In this document: positions 1 through 10,175 of the stretch, piece by piece
Layout of the letters: each line of letters begins with the position of its first letter
Numbering within the stretch: position 1 is the first letter of the stretch
Virus record (IMG/VR): IMGVR_UViG_3300044712_000823
Coordinates: 1 to 64,000 of that record
Length of the DNA stretch: 64,000 bases
Origin: a virus
Taxonomy: Duplodnaviria > Heunggongvirae > Uroviricota > Caudoviricetes
Strand: one strand, 5' to 3'
Notes under the pieces: model-generated
Told to the model about the DNA's origin: nothing
Seen by the model: only the letters and a program-made list of their open reading frames with translations
The model's database searches: none
Made by a program: the position numbers and the translations under genes

Positions 1-25
1 TCGTTCTTCTTGGGACCGTAGGGTG

Positions 26-367
26 ATGGGCTGGCTTGACGAAAACGACAGCATTCTGGAGTGGGGCTCCGAAGAATTAATTATACCGTATCGTTCTCCG
101 GTAGATGGTAAAATGCACCGTTATTTTCCAGATTTCCACGTGAAAGTTAAGCAAAAAGATGATACAATCCGCGTGATGGTACTGGAAGTTAAACCGCATA
201 GACAAACGATAGAGCCTAAGAAAAAAAGCAGAGTGACTAAACAGTATATTAATGAGGTTGTTACATATGGTATCAACCAAAGTAAATGGGCAGCCGCGAC
301 GGAATATTGCTTAGACCGGGGCTGGACATTTAAAGTGTTAACTGAATATGATTTGGGAATAAAATGA
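26..367 (+). CDS. Head-completion protein gp4-like; 5' end may lie outside the window.
   Basis: YxPDF...EVKP pattern and position in the structural module. The reading frame is open to the window edge. Confidence 0.35.
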   Translation: MGWLDENDSILEWGSEELIIPYRSPVDGKMHRYFPDFHVKVKQKDDTIRVMVLEVKPHRQTIEPKKKSRVTKQYINEVVTYGINQSKWAAATEYCLDRGWTFKVLTEYDLGIK

Positions 368-2127
368 TTAGATTGCATGTACTTTCGGTGGCACATACTG
401 CTTCAACGAAAGAATATACGGTGTGTGCTTTCACACAAAAAGTGATTAATTTTTGTAAAATGTACAAAGAACAGGGAATGCATGTGATTCATTATGGTCA
501 CGAACGTTCCGATGTTGTTTGTGATGAACATGTGACTGTTACAAACGATGAGGTTCTACGTCAAGCTTACGGTGACTATGACTGGAAGAACCAAGGTTTG
601 AGGTTCAATGTTAATGATTCTGCGTATCAGACCTTCAATGATAATTGCATCAGAGAAATTGCAAAGAGAAAACAACCGGGCGACATTATTCTCCCGTTTT
701 TTGGTGTAGCACAGAAACCAGTTTGTGATGCACATTCCGACCTCTTTATTTGTGAACCGTCTATTGGTTACGCATCTTCATTTGCACCATACAAAGTCTA
801 TGAATCTTATGCAGTGATGCACGGACTACAAGGTCCTTCCAAAGTTTCAGAAGCGGAATATAAATTCTATGACGCAGTGATTCCTTCTGGTTTCGACTTG
901 AATGAGTTCGAATATCGTGAAAAGAAAGAAGATTATTTCATGATGTGTGGACGAATTGTTTGGTCCAAAGGTGTCGATATTGCCGCACAAGTTTGTGAAA
1001 GACTTGGTGTGAAATTGATACTTGCGGGAACAAGCTATGGTCCACATGATTGTAACTTGGGTACAGAATGGCCTAAACACGTTGAATATGTCGGTTATGC
1101 TGACGTTGAAAAACGCAAGAAATTGATGGCCGGAGCCAAAGGTCTATTCTGCCCAACAATCTACAATGAACCCTTCGGTTACGTTGCAATTGAAGCCATG
1201 TTATCAGGTACACCTGTAATCACCGTAGACTGGGGTGCATTCACTGAAACGGTGCAACATGGTGTGACTGGTTACCGTTGCCGCACGTTTGAGCAATTCT
1301 TATGGGCAGCAAAAAACATTGACACAATTTCACCCAAAGCATGTAGAGAATGGGCTGAGAATAATTACAATTTCAACAAAGTTGGAAAGATGTACAAGGA
1401 ATATTTCCAGTCATTGAAAAACTTGGGAAGAGAAGGCTGGTACACGGAAAATACCGACCGTCAGGAACTTGAATGGTTGACAAAGGTTTATCCGAAAGAA
1501 CCAAAAACATTCACCGAAATTTTAAACTGGTACAATTCCAACAAGAACGGCAAACTGAATTTCCTACAGATCGGTGCAATGGATGGTGTCAAACATGATG
1601 AACTGTACCGTTATGTGGTGAGTAACGATTGGACTGGTGTTCTGGTTGAACCTCTGCCTGATATGTTTGAACAACTTATCCAGAACTACCAGGAACAACC
1701 AGGACTCAAGTTTGAGTGTTCGGCTATTACTAACGAAGACGGTCTAGTGACCATGTCCAGGATACCAAAAGAACTGATTCAGGATAAGGTTGTACCAGAA
1801 TGGGCAGAAGGTTGTTCTACACTAGTAACCGATGGTTATATTGCAGATTTATTACCACATATGGTTAAAGAGACAGTTCGTGGCATCACGTTGAAAACTC
1901 TTTATGAAAAATACGGAAACGATTTCAATTTAGTTCAAGTTGACACCGAGGGCTTTGACTACGATATTTTCCTTCAATTGATGAACAACGGATTTACCGC
2001 CGATCTATACAAAATTGAGATTGCACACATCACATACACAAAGACTGTTTGGATGCGTTGGGTTCTGGAGAATCAAGGTTATAAAACGTTCATTGACGGA
2101 TACGATTTAATCGCTTATCGGTTCTAA
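364..2127 (+). CDS. Fusion protein: N-terminal GT-B glycosyltransferase plus C-terminal FkbM-family methyltransferase.
   Basis: GT4-like motif EPFGYVAIEAMLSGTPVI...GVTGY. The C-terminal region NFLQIGAMDGVKHDE resembles FkbM SAM-methyltransferases. Confidence 0.6.
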   Translation: MIRLHVLSVAHTASTKEYTVCAFTQKVINFCKMYKEQGMHVIHYGHERSDVVCDEHVTVTNDEVLRQAYGDYDWKNQGLRFNVNDSAYQTFNDNCIREIAKRKQPGDIILPFFGVAQKPVCDAHSDLFICEPSIGYASSFAPYKVYESYAVMHGLQGPSKVSEAEYKFYDAVIPSGFDLNEFEYREKKEDYFMMCGRIVWSKGVDIAAQVCERLGVKLILAGTSYGPHDCNLGTEWPKHVEYVGYADVEKRKKLMAGAKGLFCPTIYNEPFGYVAIEAMLSGTPVITVDWGAFTETVQHGVTGYRCRTFEQFLWAAKNIDTISPKACREWAENNYNFNKVGKMYKEYFQSLKNLGREGWYTENTDRQELEWLTKVYPKEPKTFTEILNWYNSNKNGKLNFLQIGAMDGVKHDELYRYVVSNDWTGVLVEPLPDMFEQLIQNYQEQPGLKFECSAITNEDGLVTMSRIPKELIQDKVVPEWAEGCSTLVTDGYIADLLPHMVKETVRGITLKTLYEKYGNDFNLVQVDTEGFDYDIFLQLMNNGFTADLYKIEIAHITYTKTVWMRWVLENQGYKTFIDGYDLIAYRF

Positions 2128-2139
2128 ACTAAATAGTGG

Positions 2140-2748
2140 ATGGCTAAAACATCTACACTCACACAAATCGCACAATCTAGAACAGGTCTGGACCAAGAAT
2201 TCTTGTCCAGACAATCTTTTGCATGGTTTCAAAAGAACATTCAAGAATTGAGAAATCCAATAAAATTGGCAAAAGAAATTGCCAATGAAAAGACCAGGTC
2301 TGGAGGAAAATTTCAGATGGGTGGTTTATACCATTTTGTGTATGATCCAAAAACCAAATCTGATCTACCATATTATGATATGTTTCCTTTGGTCATACCT
2401 CTACAAAGTCAAAAAGATGGCTTTTTAGGTTTGAATTTGCATTATTTGCCACCGGCTTATCGTGCAGCATTTATGGACAAACTTATGCAGTTTGCTGTGA
2501 CGAATGAGCAAGAAGAACCAAAAAGATTGCGTGTGACATATGATATATTGGCAGCATCACGCAACTACAAAGAATTTAGAGCTTGTATTAAACATTATTT
2601 GAACAATCAAATAAAATCTCGCATGTTGACAATTAAGCCAAATGAATGGGAAACGGCATTGTTTTTACCGACTGCCGTATTTAAAGGTGCCACTACAAGC
2701 ACCGTTCATAAAGAATCTATTCAAGAAACAAACGCTAGGATTTACTGA
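2140..2748 (+). CDS. Baseplate wedge protein (gp53-like?).
   Basis: Position between gp4-like and tail-tube family genes. The stop overlaps the next start (TGATG). Homology is weak. Confidence 0.3.
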   Translation: MAKTSTLTQIAQSRTGLDQEFLSRQSFAWFQKNIQELRNPIKLAKEIANEKTRSGGKFQMGGLYHFVYDPKTKSDLPYYDMFPLVIPLQSQKDGFLGLNLHYLPPAYRAAFMDKLMQFAVTNEQEEPKRLRVTYDILAASRNYKEFRACIKHYLNNQIKSRMLTIKPNEWETALFLPTAVFKGATTSTVHKESIQETNARIY

Positions 2749-3398
2749 TGCCAGGTTCAATAGCCGATTTCAAAGCAAGTTTTTCAAAAGACTTAGCTCG
2801 TTCAAATAAATTTGATGTTTATATTCCCATTCCATTGGGAATGGTGCCTTTTATCGGTACCTCCAGACAACTTTCCTTTCGTTGTGAAAGCGCACAATTG
2901 CCAGGGCGAAATCTCGACACCACACAAATGAAAATTTACGGTGTACAGGAGAGTTTTCCGACACAAACAACGTATGACAATTTGACACTGACATTTTTGG
3001 TCGGTGATGATATGAAAGAAAAAATATTCTTTGATTCTTGGCTAAACTGGATACAGCCAACATTGACTTTTGATACAAAATATAAGGAAGATTATTCTGT
3101 TTTGTTGAGAATCAATCAATATAATGTAGAAAATAAGTTATCAATGTCCGTCGATTTGATAGATGCATTTCCAATAGCAGTCAATCAATTGGACTTGGAT
3201 TGGTCATCAGATTCTGTGCATAAGTTGTCAGTCACATTTGCATATACGATGTGGAGAAACAACGATGTTAATTCTCTTGCGATGGAATTCTTAGAGTATA
3301 ACATTGGTCAAGTTTTAACAAATTCAAATCTAGGATCAGATATTAACGGAGTTATAAACCAATATAATTTTGATGTGACTCAACAAAATATAGTTTAA
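2748..3398 (+). CDS. Tail tube family protein (T4 gp19/gp48/gp54-like).
   Basis: Alignment pattern to T4 gp19 (ARSNKFDV...F.C..A.LPG...DW...LDW...F.V..A..W). Confidence 0.55.
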   Translation: MPGSIADFKASFSKDLARSNKFDVYIPIPLGMVPFIGTSRQLSFRCESAQLPGRNLDTTQMKIYGVQESFPTQTTYDNLTLTFLVGDDMKEKIFFDSWLNWIQPTLTFDTKYKEDYSVLLRINQYNVENKLSMSVDLIDAFPIAVNQLDLDWSSDSVHKLSVTFAYTMWRNNDVNSLAMEFLEYNIGQVLTNSNLGSDINGVINQYNFDVTQQNIV

Positions 3399-3412
3399 TG
3401 GAGAAATAAATT

Positions 3413-4138
3413 ATGGCATTACCTAAGATTGATACACCAATCTATGACTTGGAATTACCATTGTGTAAAAAGAAAATCAAATTCAGACCTTTCTTGGTGA
3501 AAGAACAAAGAAATTTGTTTATGGCCTTGGAATCCGGTGATAAAGATTCTATTGAATCTGCTATTCAGCAGGTACTAAAAAATTGCACCATTACAAAAGG
3601 TGTTAAGATTGAAGACTTGCCTGTACTGGACATTGAATTTTATTTCATTAACCTTCGTGCAAGATCCGTTGGTGAAATGGTAGAAAACAAATATCGTTGT
3701 GATAATGAAGTCGAAGGTAAAGCTTGCGGAAACATTATGGAAACATCATTGAATCTTCTTGATATCAAGGTTGAAAAACCTAAAGATATTAGTGATGTTA
3801 TTCAATTAACAGATAATATTTCGGTTAAGTTAAGATATCCAAAATTTTCAGTTCTAGGTAAGCTTGCGAACTTGGAAACACCAACTGAAGTAGCATTTGA
3901 AATGATAGCGGATTCAGTTGAATATATTTGTGATGGTGAACAATTCTATTATGAAAAGGATGTTCCACATAAAGAGATTGTTGAGTTTATCGAAACATTG
4001 AGCCAGAAACATTTTTCAAAGATTGAAGAATTTTTCGCAAATCTTCCTAAGCTGGAAAAGAAAATAGAAATGAAATGTTCGCGTTGTGGGTTTCAACACA
4101 CAATTGATATAGAAGGACTCGAAAGTTTTTTCGGTTAA
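3413..4138 (+). CDS. Baseplate hub/assembly protein (gp26/gp51-like?) with a C-terminal CxxC zinc ribbon.
   Basis: Genomic context. Ends in KCSRCGFQHTIDIEGLESFFG. Confidence 0.3.
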   Translation: MALPKIDTPIYDLELPLCKKKIKFRPFLVKEQRNLFMALESGDKDSIESAIQQVLKNCTITKGVKIEDLPVLDIEFYFINLRARSVGEMVENKYRCDNEVEGKACGNIMETSLNLLDIKVEKPKDISDVIQLTDNISVKLRYPKFSVLGKLANLETPTEVAFEMIADSVEYICDGEQFYYEKDVPHKEIVEFIETLSQKHFSKIEEFFANLPKLEKKIEMKCSRCGFQHTIDIEGLESFFG

Positions 4139-4325
4139 TTTTTTGCCATGATAACTTGAGAAATTATTATAAAACTAATTTCTCGCTTATGCAACACCAT
4201 AAGTATTCCCTGACGGAACTTGATAATATGATACCGTGGGAACGTGACATATATGTGTCTATGCTAATTCAGTATATGGAAGAAGAAAATCAAAGATTAA
4301 AACAGTTACAAAACGAAAGACGTAA

Positions 4326-5639
4326 ATGAATTTACTGGGACGAAAAACATCAGAAGTGATGGGAGAGAAAAGCGCCGGAATGTATTCCGGTGTTTCTGAT
4401 ATTGCGTCCAACATGATGAAATCTTTGAGCATTTCTGAAGAAACACTTTCTAAAATTTCCGAAAAATATCAAGACAATCTAAATGCTGAAGAAAAGTTAA
4501 AGACAAAACATCATAAAGAAATTCTTCGTGTCATTTTAGCTGCAACAAAAAAGAAAGCTAAAGGACAAAAACGAATAGAAGAAAACGTTGAAAAAGAGAA
4601 AAAAAGCCAGAAAGCAGAAACTAAAAAAACAGAAGCTAAAACAGAAGAAACTGCTAAGCCTGCTGAAGCACCACCTCCTCCTAAACCTGAGCCAGCACCT
4701 AAGCCTGAAGTTGCACCGAAACCGACACCTGCACCTAAACCTGAGCCTGCTCCTAAACCGACTGCAAAAAGAGTTGAGGAAGTTAAACCTACTCCGAGTT
4801 TAAAGCCTGAAGTTCCAAAGTCAGTAACAACTGCCACTAAAGTTTCAACAGGAGGACTCTTAGCTGCCGCTGCAATGTCAGTGAGAGGTGAAACTGGTGG
4901 CAAATCGTTAGATACTGTTAGTACAGATGCGAAAAAAGTCGGACAAGTTGTACAAAATGATCCGAAACCTGGCGTCAGTTCATATGGCATTTTTGGCTTG
5001 AATTCTGGAGGTTCTGTACAGAATTTTGTAAAAGATAATCCTCAATTTGGTCTATCTGAATTGCAACCTGCATCGAAACAGTTTGATGAAAGATGGAAAA
5101 ATCTAGCCATTGAAAAGACACAAGAATTTTATCAAGCACAAATTAATTGGTACAAAAAGTATGTATATGATCCAGTTAAAGCGGATATGCAGAAATTGTT
5201 ACCACAACATTTAGGTTCCGATGACGGTGTTGTGACCTATATGGCGGATAGACGTAATCAGATGGGTAAATTGTATGAGGGTGAAGCCATTACTTATGCA
5301 AAGAATTCAAATACACCAAAAGAATTCATTGCAAAAATTGCAGAACATGATTCAAGCGAGAGTTATATCAAGAAAGCTTTTCCAACATACTTGAAAACTC
5401 ATGGCGATAAGAATATACCAGGTTTACAGAATCGAGTTCGCATCCGCGAAGAAATGTCAATAAAAGTTTCAGGTGATTTAATAAGTGGTGTTTCAAACGA
5501 AAACACGAACATGAAAAAAGATTTGCAACAAAGTTCAGGTGCAACAGTTGTTATACAACAAAACAATAACACCACATTGAATAAGCAATCTATGATTATG
5601 CAAAACAAAAAACAAGAATTAAATCCAACGATGAGATAA
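4326..5639 (+). CDS. Proline-rich repeat structural/virion protein (PAPKPE repeats).
   Basis: Long ORF with tandem PxPKPE repeats at aa ~110–150. Conserved C-terminal domain (YGIFGLNSGGS). Confidence 0.35.
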   Translation: MNLLGRKTSEVMGEKSAGMYSGVSDIASNMMKSLSISEETLSKISEKYQDNLNAEEKLKTKHHKEILRVILAATKKKAKGQKRIEENVEKEKKSQKAETKKTEAKTEETAKPAEAPPPPKPEPAPKPEVAPKPTPAPKPEPAPKPTAKRVEEVKPTPSLKPEVPKSVTTATKVSTGGLLAAAAMSVRGETGGKSLDTVSTDAKKVGQVVQNDPKPGVSSYGIFGLNSGGSVQNFVKDNPQFGLSELQPASKQFDERWKNLAIEKTQEFYQAQINWYKKYVYDPVKADMQKLLPQHLGSDDGVVTYMADRRNQMGKLYEGEAITYAKNSNTPKEFIAKIAEHDSSESYIKKAFPTYLKTHGDKNIPGLQNRVRIREEMSIKVSGDLISGVSNENTNMKKDLQQSSGATVVIQQNNNTTLNKQSMIMQNKKQELNPTMR

Positions 5640-5643
5640 CAAA

Positions 5644-7089
5644 ATGGGAATACTAGACAAAGTAAAAAGTGCAGTAAATTTTGCCACTGGTGGTCCAAGA
5701 AAACAGACGTATGGGTATAGTGCTAGTTTTTTGAATGAAACAAAACGTGATTATGCTGGCAAAAGCAAATTTGGAAAAATTGCCAGGTTTTTAACTGGCG
5801 GACCAAGACAACAATCTTATGGGTATTTTGCTGAACATTTTCAAAATGGTAACACTTCTGTAAAGAGAGAGAAGAAATCATTTACACCAATACGTAATGT
5901 TGTTTCACCGACACCTGGTGCATTACCTGCACCATCTATGCAATATGGCGCATCAACCGAATCTCTCAATAATGTATTCGATTTCATAAAAAGAAGTCAA
6001 GAAAAACAAGCTCGACAAATTGAAGTGCAAAACAGTTTTGTTGAGGGTAGAATCAATGTAGAGAATGAAAGGCATCAAGAACTATTGAGTGCCATGAAAA
6101 ACTTTGTGAAGGTGAAGGGCGGTACTACTGTCACAAAAGTTGAAGAAAATGAAAGTGGTGTCGGACTCTTTGACAATATTAAAGATATGATTAAGTCCAT
6201 GATTACAAGTGCAGTAGCTGCAATTACGGACACATTTAACACTTTAAAAAAAGGTTTACAGTGGTTGAGTGAAATTCAATGGCTCACAAAGGCCAAAGAA
6301 TTATATGATATAGCCACAAAATACGGACCAATGCTGTTAAGATTTTTGGGTTCACCTTTAGGTGTCGCCTTGCTCGGTGCAACTACATTAGCTGCATTTT
6401 TAAAAGCCGTGGCAGACGAAAAAGCTTCGATTGAAGCAAATCCCTATGATACGAAATACAAAGATAACACATATGCAAAGTTGTTGAGAAAAGAGGTTAG
6501 TAGTGTTGCTCAAGGAGGTGAAGCAAACACAAGAATGACCGTTAAACAAATTCCTCGTCCAGAAATAGAACAATCTGTCACATCATCATTGTCTGATGAT
6601 GAATTAAAAGCTGCATATGGACAAGACAGATCAGGTCTAGCAAAATGGCTGCAAGATAATCCTAAAGAAAAATATTACCAAGCGGCAGTAGCACCTATTG
6701 CTGGTAAACCAACGACTGGTGTTTTGTCTGGAGGTAATCCACTTCCTGTTGCACCTACAGCATTACCTGAAGGTGTGTCACCATCGACAGCGGGTGCTGC
6801 TAGAAGTTCAACGGACTTCTCCGCAACTGATCCTAGAAGGCTGGATCTTGCAACACCAGTTCCACCTGCACCAATTTCTGAACCAGTCTCGCGGGTTATA
6901 AGTGATAATAAAGCACTTGAAATGCAAAGTATGTCGGCTTCTGGTTCAAATTCACCTGTTGTATTGAACGGAGGTTCTTCTCAAGTTGTCAATGATCCAC
7001 CGATTGCCACTACAGCAATTCAACGTGATGAAGAACCAATGGCAGGTCATGTTTTTGACATACAAAGAAAGAAATCTAGAGCATACTAA
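5644..7089 (+). CDS. Structural protein with duplicated GGPRxQxYGY motif and a central hydrophobic segment.
   Basis: N-terminal repeats (FATGGPRKQTYGY / LTGGPRQQSYGY). Pro/Ala-rich C-terminus. Followed by a terminator. Confidence 0.35.
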   Translation: MGILDKVKSAVNFATGGPRKQTYGYSASFLNETKRDYAGKSKFGKIARFLTGGPRQQSYGYFAEHFQNGNTSVKREKKSFTPIRNVVSPTPGALPAPSMQYGASTESLNNVFDFIKRSQEKQARQIEVQNSFVEGRINVENERHQELLSAMKNFVKVKGGTTVTKVEENESGVGLFDNIKDMIKSMITSAVAAITDTFNTLKKGLQWLSEIQWLTKAKELYDIATKYGPMLLRFLGSPLGVALLGATTLAAFLKAVADEKASIEANPYDTKYKDNTYAKLLRKEVSSVAQGGEANTRMTVKQIPRPEIEQSVTSSLSDDELKAAYGQDRSGLAKWLQDNPKEKYYQAAVAPIAGKPTTGVLSGGNPLPVAPTALPEGVSPSTAGAARSSTDFSATDPRRLDLATPVPPAPISEPVSRVISDNKALEMQSMSASGSNSPVVLNGGSSQVVNDPPIATTAIQRDEEPMAGHVFDIQRKKSRAY

Positions 7090-7090
7090 T

Positions 7091-7120
7091 AAAAAACCCC
7101 GCCGAAGCGGGGTTTAATTT
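7091..7120. terminator. Bidirectional rho-independent terminator between convergent genes.
   Basis: aaaaaaCCCCGCcgaaGCGGGGtttaattt. GC hairpin flanked by an A-run and a T-run. Confidence 0.7.
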
Positions 7121-7133
7121 ATGTGAAGAAGTT

Positions 7134-8009
7134 TTATTCTTCTTCAGCAAGCTTACTGAAGTAAGCCAGATCATCATCATCTGCAATAGATGGTTCAACC
7201 GGCTCGGGCTTGCGTGGTGCAGCCTTTGCTTGTTCGACAGTGGTACGTGGCTTAGGTGCGGAACCATCAACACCAAGAACCTTGTCCAGACGAGCCTTCA
7301 GTTCATCGTAAGATTTGAAGTTGGACGCATCCAAGAATTTCTTCAGCGAATGTTCTTTCTTCCAGATAGACTCAAGTTTGCTATCATCATAGTCACCAAG
7401 TGTGCCAACAGATGCAAACTCAGACTTATCATAGTTACGATAGCCTTCAACGTTACGAATCTTCAGTTTGAAGTCTGCACCAGACCACATATCAAATGGG
7501 TTCAGTGCTTTCTCATCTTCAAATTGAGGATTCATTGCTTCGTTGATCTTGTCAAAGATTTTCTTGCCAAACTTGTACAAGAAAACTTTACCTTCATTAT
7601 CAGGATTTTTAGGATCTTCGACAACATAGATGTTTGCAATGTAAGAAAGACGGCGCTTTTGCTTACGTGCAATTTCTTTGTTTGCTTCAATTCCAGAATT
7701 CCACAACTGAGAGTTGTATTCTGAAACCGGATCTTTCTGATTGAGTGTAGTCAGGGAGTTTTCGATGTACCAGCCGCCAGGACCCTGGAAGCCATGATCG
7801 AACACTTTAACCCAAGGCAGACCATCATCACCATCAACCTCAGGTGCAGGCAAGAAACGAATAACGGCGTAACCGTTACCTGCTTTGTCTACTTCGGGTT
7901 TCCAGAAGTTATCTTCTTTTTGGTTGCTTTCGGACGAATTTAGCTGTTCGATTGCTTTAGCCAGCTTGTCCAGGTTGCCAGATTGTTTTTTAAGATTAGC
8001 GAATGACAT
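7134..8009 (-). CDS. 32: gp32 single-stranded DNA-binding protein.
   Basis: Strong similarity to T4 gp32 (AGNGYAVIRFLP...NEGKVFLYKFGKKIFDKIN). Acidic C-terminus. Confidence 0.9.
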   Translation of the reverse strand: MSFANLKKQSGNLDKLAKAIEQLNSSESNQKEDNFWKPEVDKAGNGYAVIRFLPAPEVDGDDGLPWVKVFDHGFQGPGGWYIENSLTTLNQKDPVSEYNSQLWNSGIEANKEIARKQKRRLSYIANIYVVEDPKNPDNEGKVFLYKFGKKIFDKINEAMNPQFEDEKALNPFDMWSGADFKLKIRNVEGYRNYDKSEFASVGTLGDYDDSKLESIWKKEHSLKKFLDASNFKSYDELKARLDKVLGVDGSAPKPRTTVEQAKAAPRKPEPVEPSIADDDDLAYFSKLAEEE

Positions 8010-8086
8010 ACGTATTTCCTTTAGTTGTATAGTCGGTGTATAAAATTTTTGTCCACATATTCATAGTATACGAATATATAGGCATT

Positions 8087-8584
8087 TTAGCTGTACAATT
8101 TAAGCAAGGCAATGGTTGTTAGTGCATCTTTGTGAAGAATACCAATACCACCAGCTTTGTTCCAATCTTCGATGTTTTGTTTGTCATCGTCAATCAGAAC
8201 ATAACCAGGCTCTGCAAATTTGTATTTGTGTTTCTTGCCTGGAACATAATTATCTTTCCAGTCAATTTTGTATTTGCGTAACCAAACTTTCTTTTGTTGT
8301 GAAATCGGTTCGTAAGTATCCTCATGTGCTGTAGAGGAGAGGATTTCTTTAGGGATGTTTCCAAGTTTATCGTTCAGATAATTCACCAAAGTTTCCATAT
8401 CAGGCATTGGCTCCAATACGGCGAACTCATGGTTTTTGACAAACTGTTTGAATTGTTCTTTACGTTCTTTTTTATGTTTATGTGTCATTTCAGGATCGAA
8501 ACCGTGCAGTTCAACCCACTTCTTTTCGAAGTTGGCTAACACGCCATCCATATCAACATAAATCTTTTTCATGCGTTTTGACAT
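8087..8584 (-). CDS. HAD-family 5'(3')-deoxyribonucleotidase.
   Basis: HAD motif I (IYVDMDGVLA) and GYVLIDDD. Confidence 0.55.
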   Translation of the reverse strand: MSKRMKKIYVDMDGVLANFEKKWVELHGFDPEMTHKHKKERKEQFKQFVKNHEFAVLEPMPDMETLVNYLNDKLGNIPKEILSSTAHEDTYEPISQQKKVWLRKYKIDWKDNYVPGKKHKYKFAEPGYVLIDDDKQNIEDWNKAGGIGILHKDALTTIALLKLYS

Positions 8585-9186
8585 ATCTTATCCTTTAATA
8601 TGTTTTTAAATTTAACTTTATCGTAACCGAAAAAAGGTTTGTACTTATTACATTTTTTCACAAAATCGGGAAAAACAATATCATCTTCAACCTTTTTTGA
8701 CCACATAGGTAAAAAATTTAGGTAATCGTTAAGTATGATTATTGTTTCCAGGTGTATAGAATCTTGTAAGAACTCATTGTACAGTAAAGGATATTGACCG
8801 TCAATCACAATCAACAATTCATCAGGTTTTTCCACCTTATCAAAAAGATGACTAATATCCTGGTCAAATAGGTAGCCCAATGATTGTTGAATGCGGAGCC
8901 AAACCTTATATTCAGATTCTGCGTCCTCATTCAACAGGTCACCAGCCCAAAGTTTTGGATTTTTTAGAAAGTTAGCCACGTAGAAACCAAAGAGTTCTTC
9001 ACGTTTGTATTTTCTGGACAATTTATAGAATGAAAATTTGTCCTTACGAACCATGAATTGTTCTTTGGTTACGTTTGTTTTACCGTTATATTTAACATAA
9101 TCATAATTGCCGGAGAAATGCAATTTCAATGCATGATACATTGTAAATGCTTCATATCCTCCAGCTTCACTGACGGTAAGACTCAT
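8569..9186 (-). CDS. 59: gp59 helicase loader.
   Basis: Similarity to T4 gp59 (KYNGK...KDKFSFYKLSRKYKREEL). Adjacent to gene 32 as in T4. Confidence 0.7.
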   Translation of the reverse strand: MSLTVSEAGGYEAFTMYHALKLHFSGNYDYVKYNGKTNVTKEQFMVRKDKFSFYKLSRKYKREELFGFYVANFLKNPKLWAGDLLNEDAESEYKVWLRIQQSLGYLFDQDISHLFDKVEKPDELLIVIDGQYPLLYNEFLQDSIHLETIIILNDYLNFLPMWSKKVEDDIVFPDFVKKCNKYKPFFGYDKVKFKNILKDKICQNA

Positions 9187-9404
9187 AGTGGCAACTTATT
9201 CACTTTCTTAATTAGATTCATTGCTTGTGCTTCTTCAGAAATCTTTGCTTTGATTGGCGGTGTTAGCAGAGTAGCTGCCAGTTCCACTTCAAAGCCAATT
9301 TCTTCACAATGCAAGATGACTGCATCCATATATTCGATGCGTTTTTCTTTGACAATCTTTTCGATAATCTCGGAGAATTTACGTTGTTCTTCTTTGGTAG
9401 GCAT
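9183..9404 (-). CDS. 33: gp33 late-transcription co-activator.
   Basis: Similarity to T4 gp33 C-terminal half. Conserved 32–59–33 order. Confidence 0.6.
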   Translation of the reverse strand: MPTKEEQRKFSEIIEKIVKEKRIEYMDAVILHCEEIGFEVELAATLLTPPIKAKISEEAQAMNLIKKVNKLPL

Positions 9405-9610
9405 TATCGTTTATTACCTAGTGCATATGCAATGCAGGTAGAAGTTGGATTGGTTTCATATGCACATTTTACCGATAGTGGATCAACACCTTTAGCAATT
9501 GCTGCTTCGATGTTCTTGGCCATATTAGACCGATCGGTGATGTAATTCATTGATGTTGCAGCAACTCCTGCAAGTGCAAGAATCATAACGCAAACCATAC
9601 CTGTAGTCAT
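9404..9610 (-). CDS. Small membrane protein.
   Basis: Start taken at the internal Met after the upstream gene's stop. One TM helix. Confidence 0.3.
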   Translation of the reverse strand: MTTGMVCVMILALAGVAATSMNYITDRSNMAKNIEAAIAKGVDPLSVKCAYETNPTSTCIAYALGNKR

Positions 9611-9617
9611 AACAGTA

Positions 9618-10175
9618 TTAGAAGAACTCTTTGTTTCTGTCAATTGTATCACCTTTTCTCTTGTAAAAAATATGTCGGCCAATTTTGTCAACTTTTTCCA
9701 TCTTCCAACCAGGATTAACATAGTCGGCGTGGTAGTAGGTTGCTCCATTGGTAACATCTTCCTGTTTATCGTGATTAATAACAATGTTTGTTGCTAGTTC
9801 ACGAATCTCATTATATAACTGACTGTCTTTGATTGTCAAGCGTCTATCGGTAAACTTTTTTTCACAATACCAGGAAAACTGGCACGTTCCGTTAGTTTTT
9901 TGATAAACAACATCGCAAATTGAATCGGCGTAATTTCCCGTCCGCACACGGTTAAGTGTTACAAATGCGACTGCTTTTTTACCTTCAAGCGGCTCATTTG
10001 CCGCCTCAAAATAAATGTTCTCCGCAAGGCACGTGACCTGCTTCTGTACATCTTTTGAGAGGGAATTAAAAGTTGTTTTGAATGGTAACATGGAGTCAAT
10101 ATTGAAATTAATCATACTGCCGCCTACCATAATTGCCGATAGAAGGATAGTCAGAAGTATTGGTTTACTTCTCAT
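9618..10175 (-). CDS. SleB-like cell-wall hydrolase with signal peptide.
   Basis: N-terminal signal peptide. Hydrolase_2 motifs (YFEA...AVAFVTLNRV). Confidence 0.55.
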   Translation of the reverse strand: MRSKPILLTILLSAIMVGGSMINFNIDSMLPFKTTFNSLSKDVQKQVTCLAENIYFEAANEPLEGKKAVAFVTLNRVRTGNYADSICDVVYQKTNGTCQFSWYCEKKFTDRRLTIKDSQLYNEIRELATNIVINHDKQEDVTNGATYYHADYVNPGWKMEKVDKIGRHIFYKRKGDTIDRNKEFF

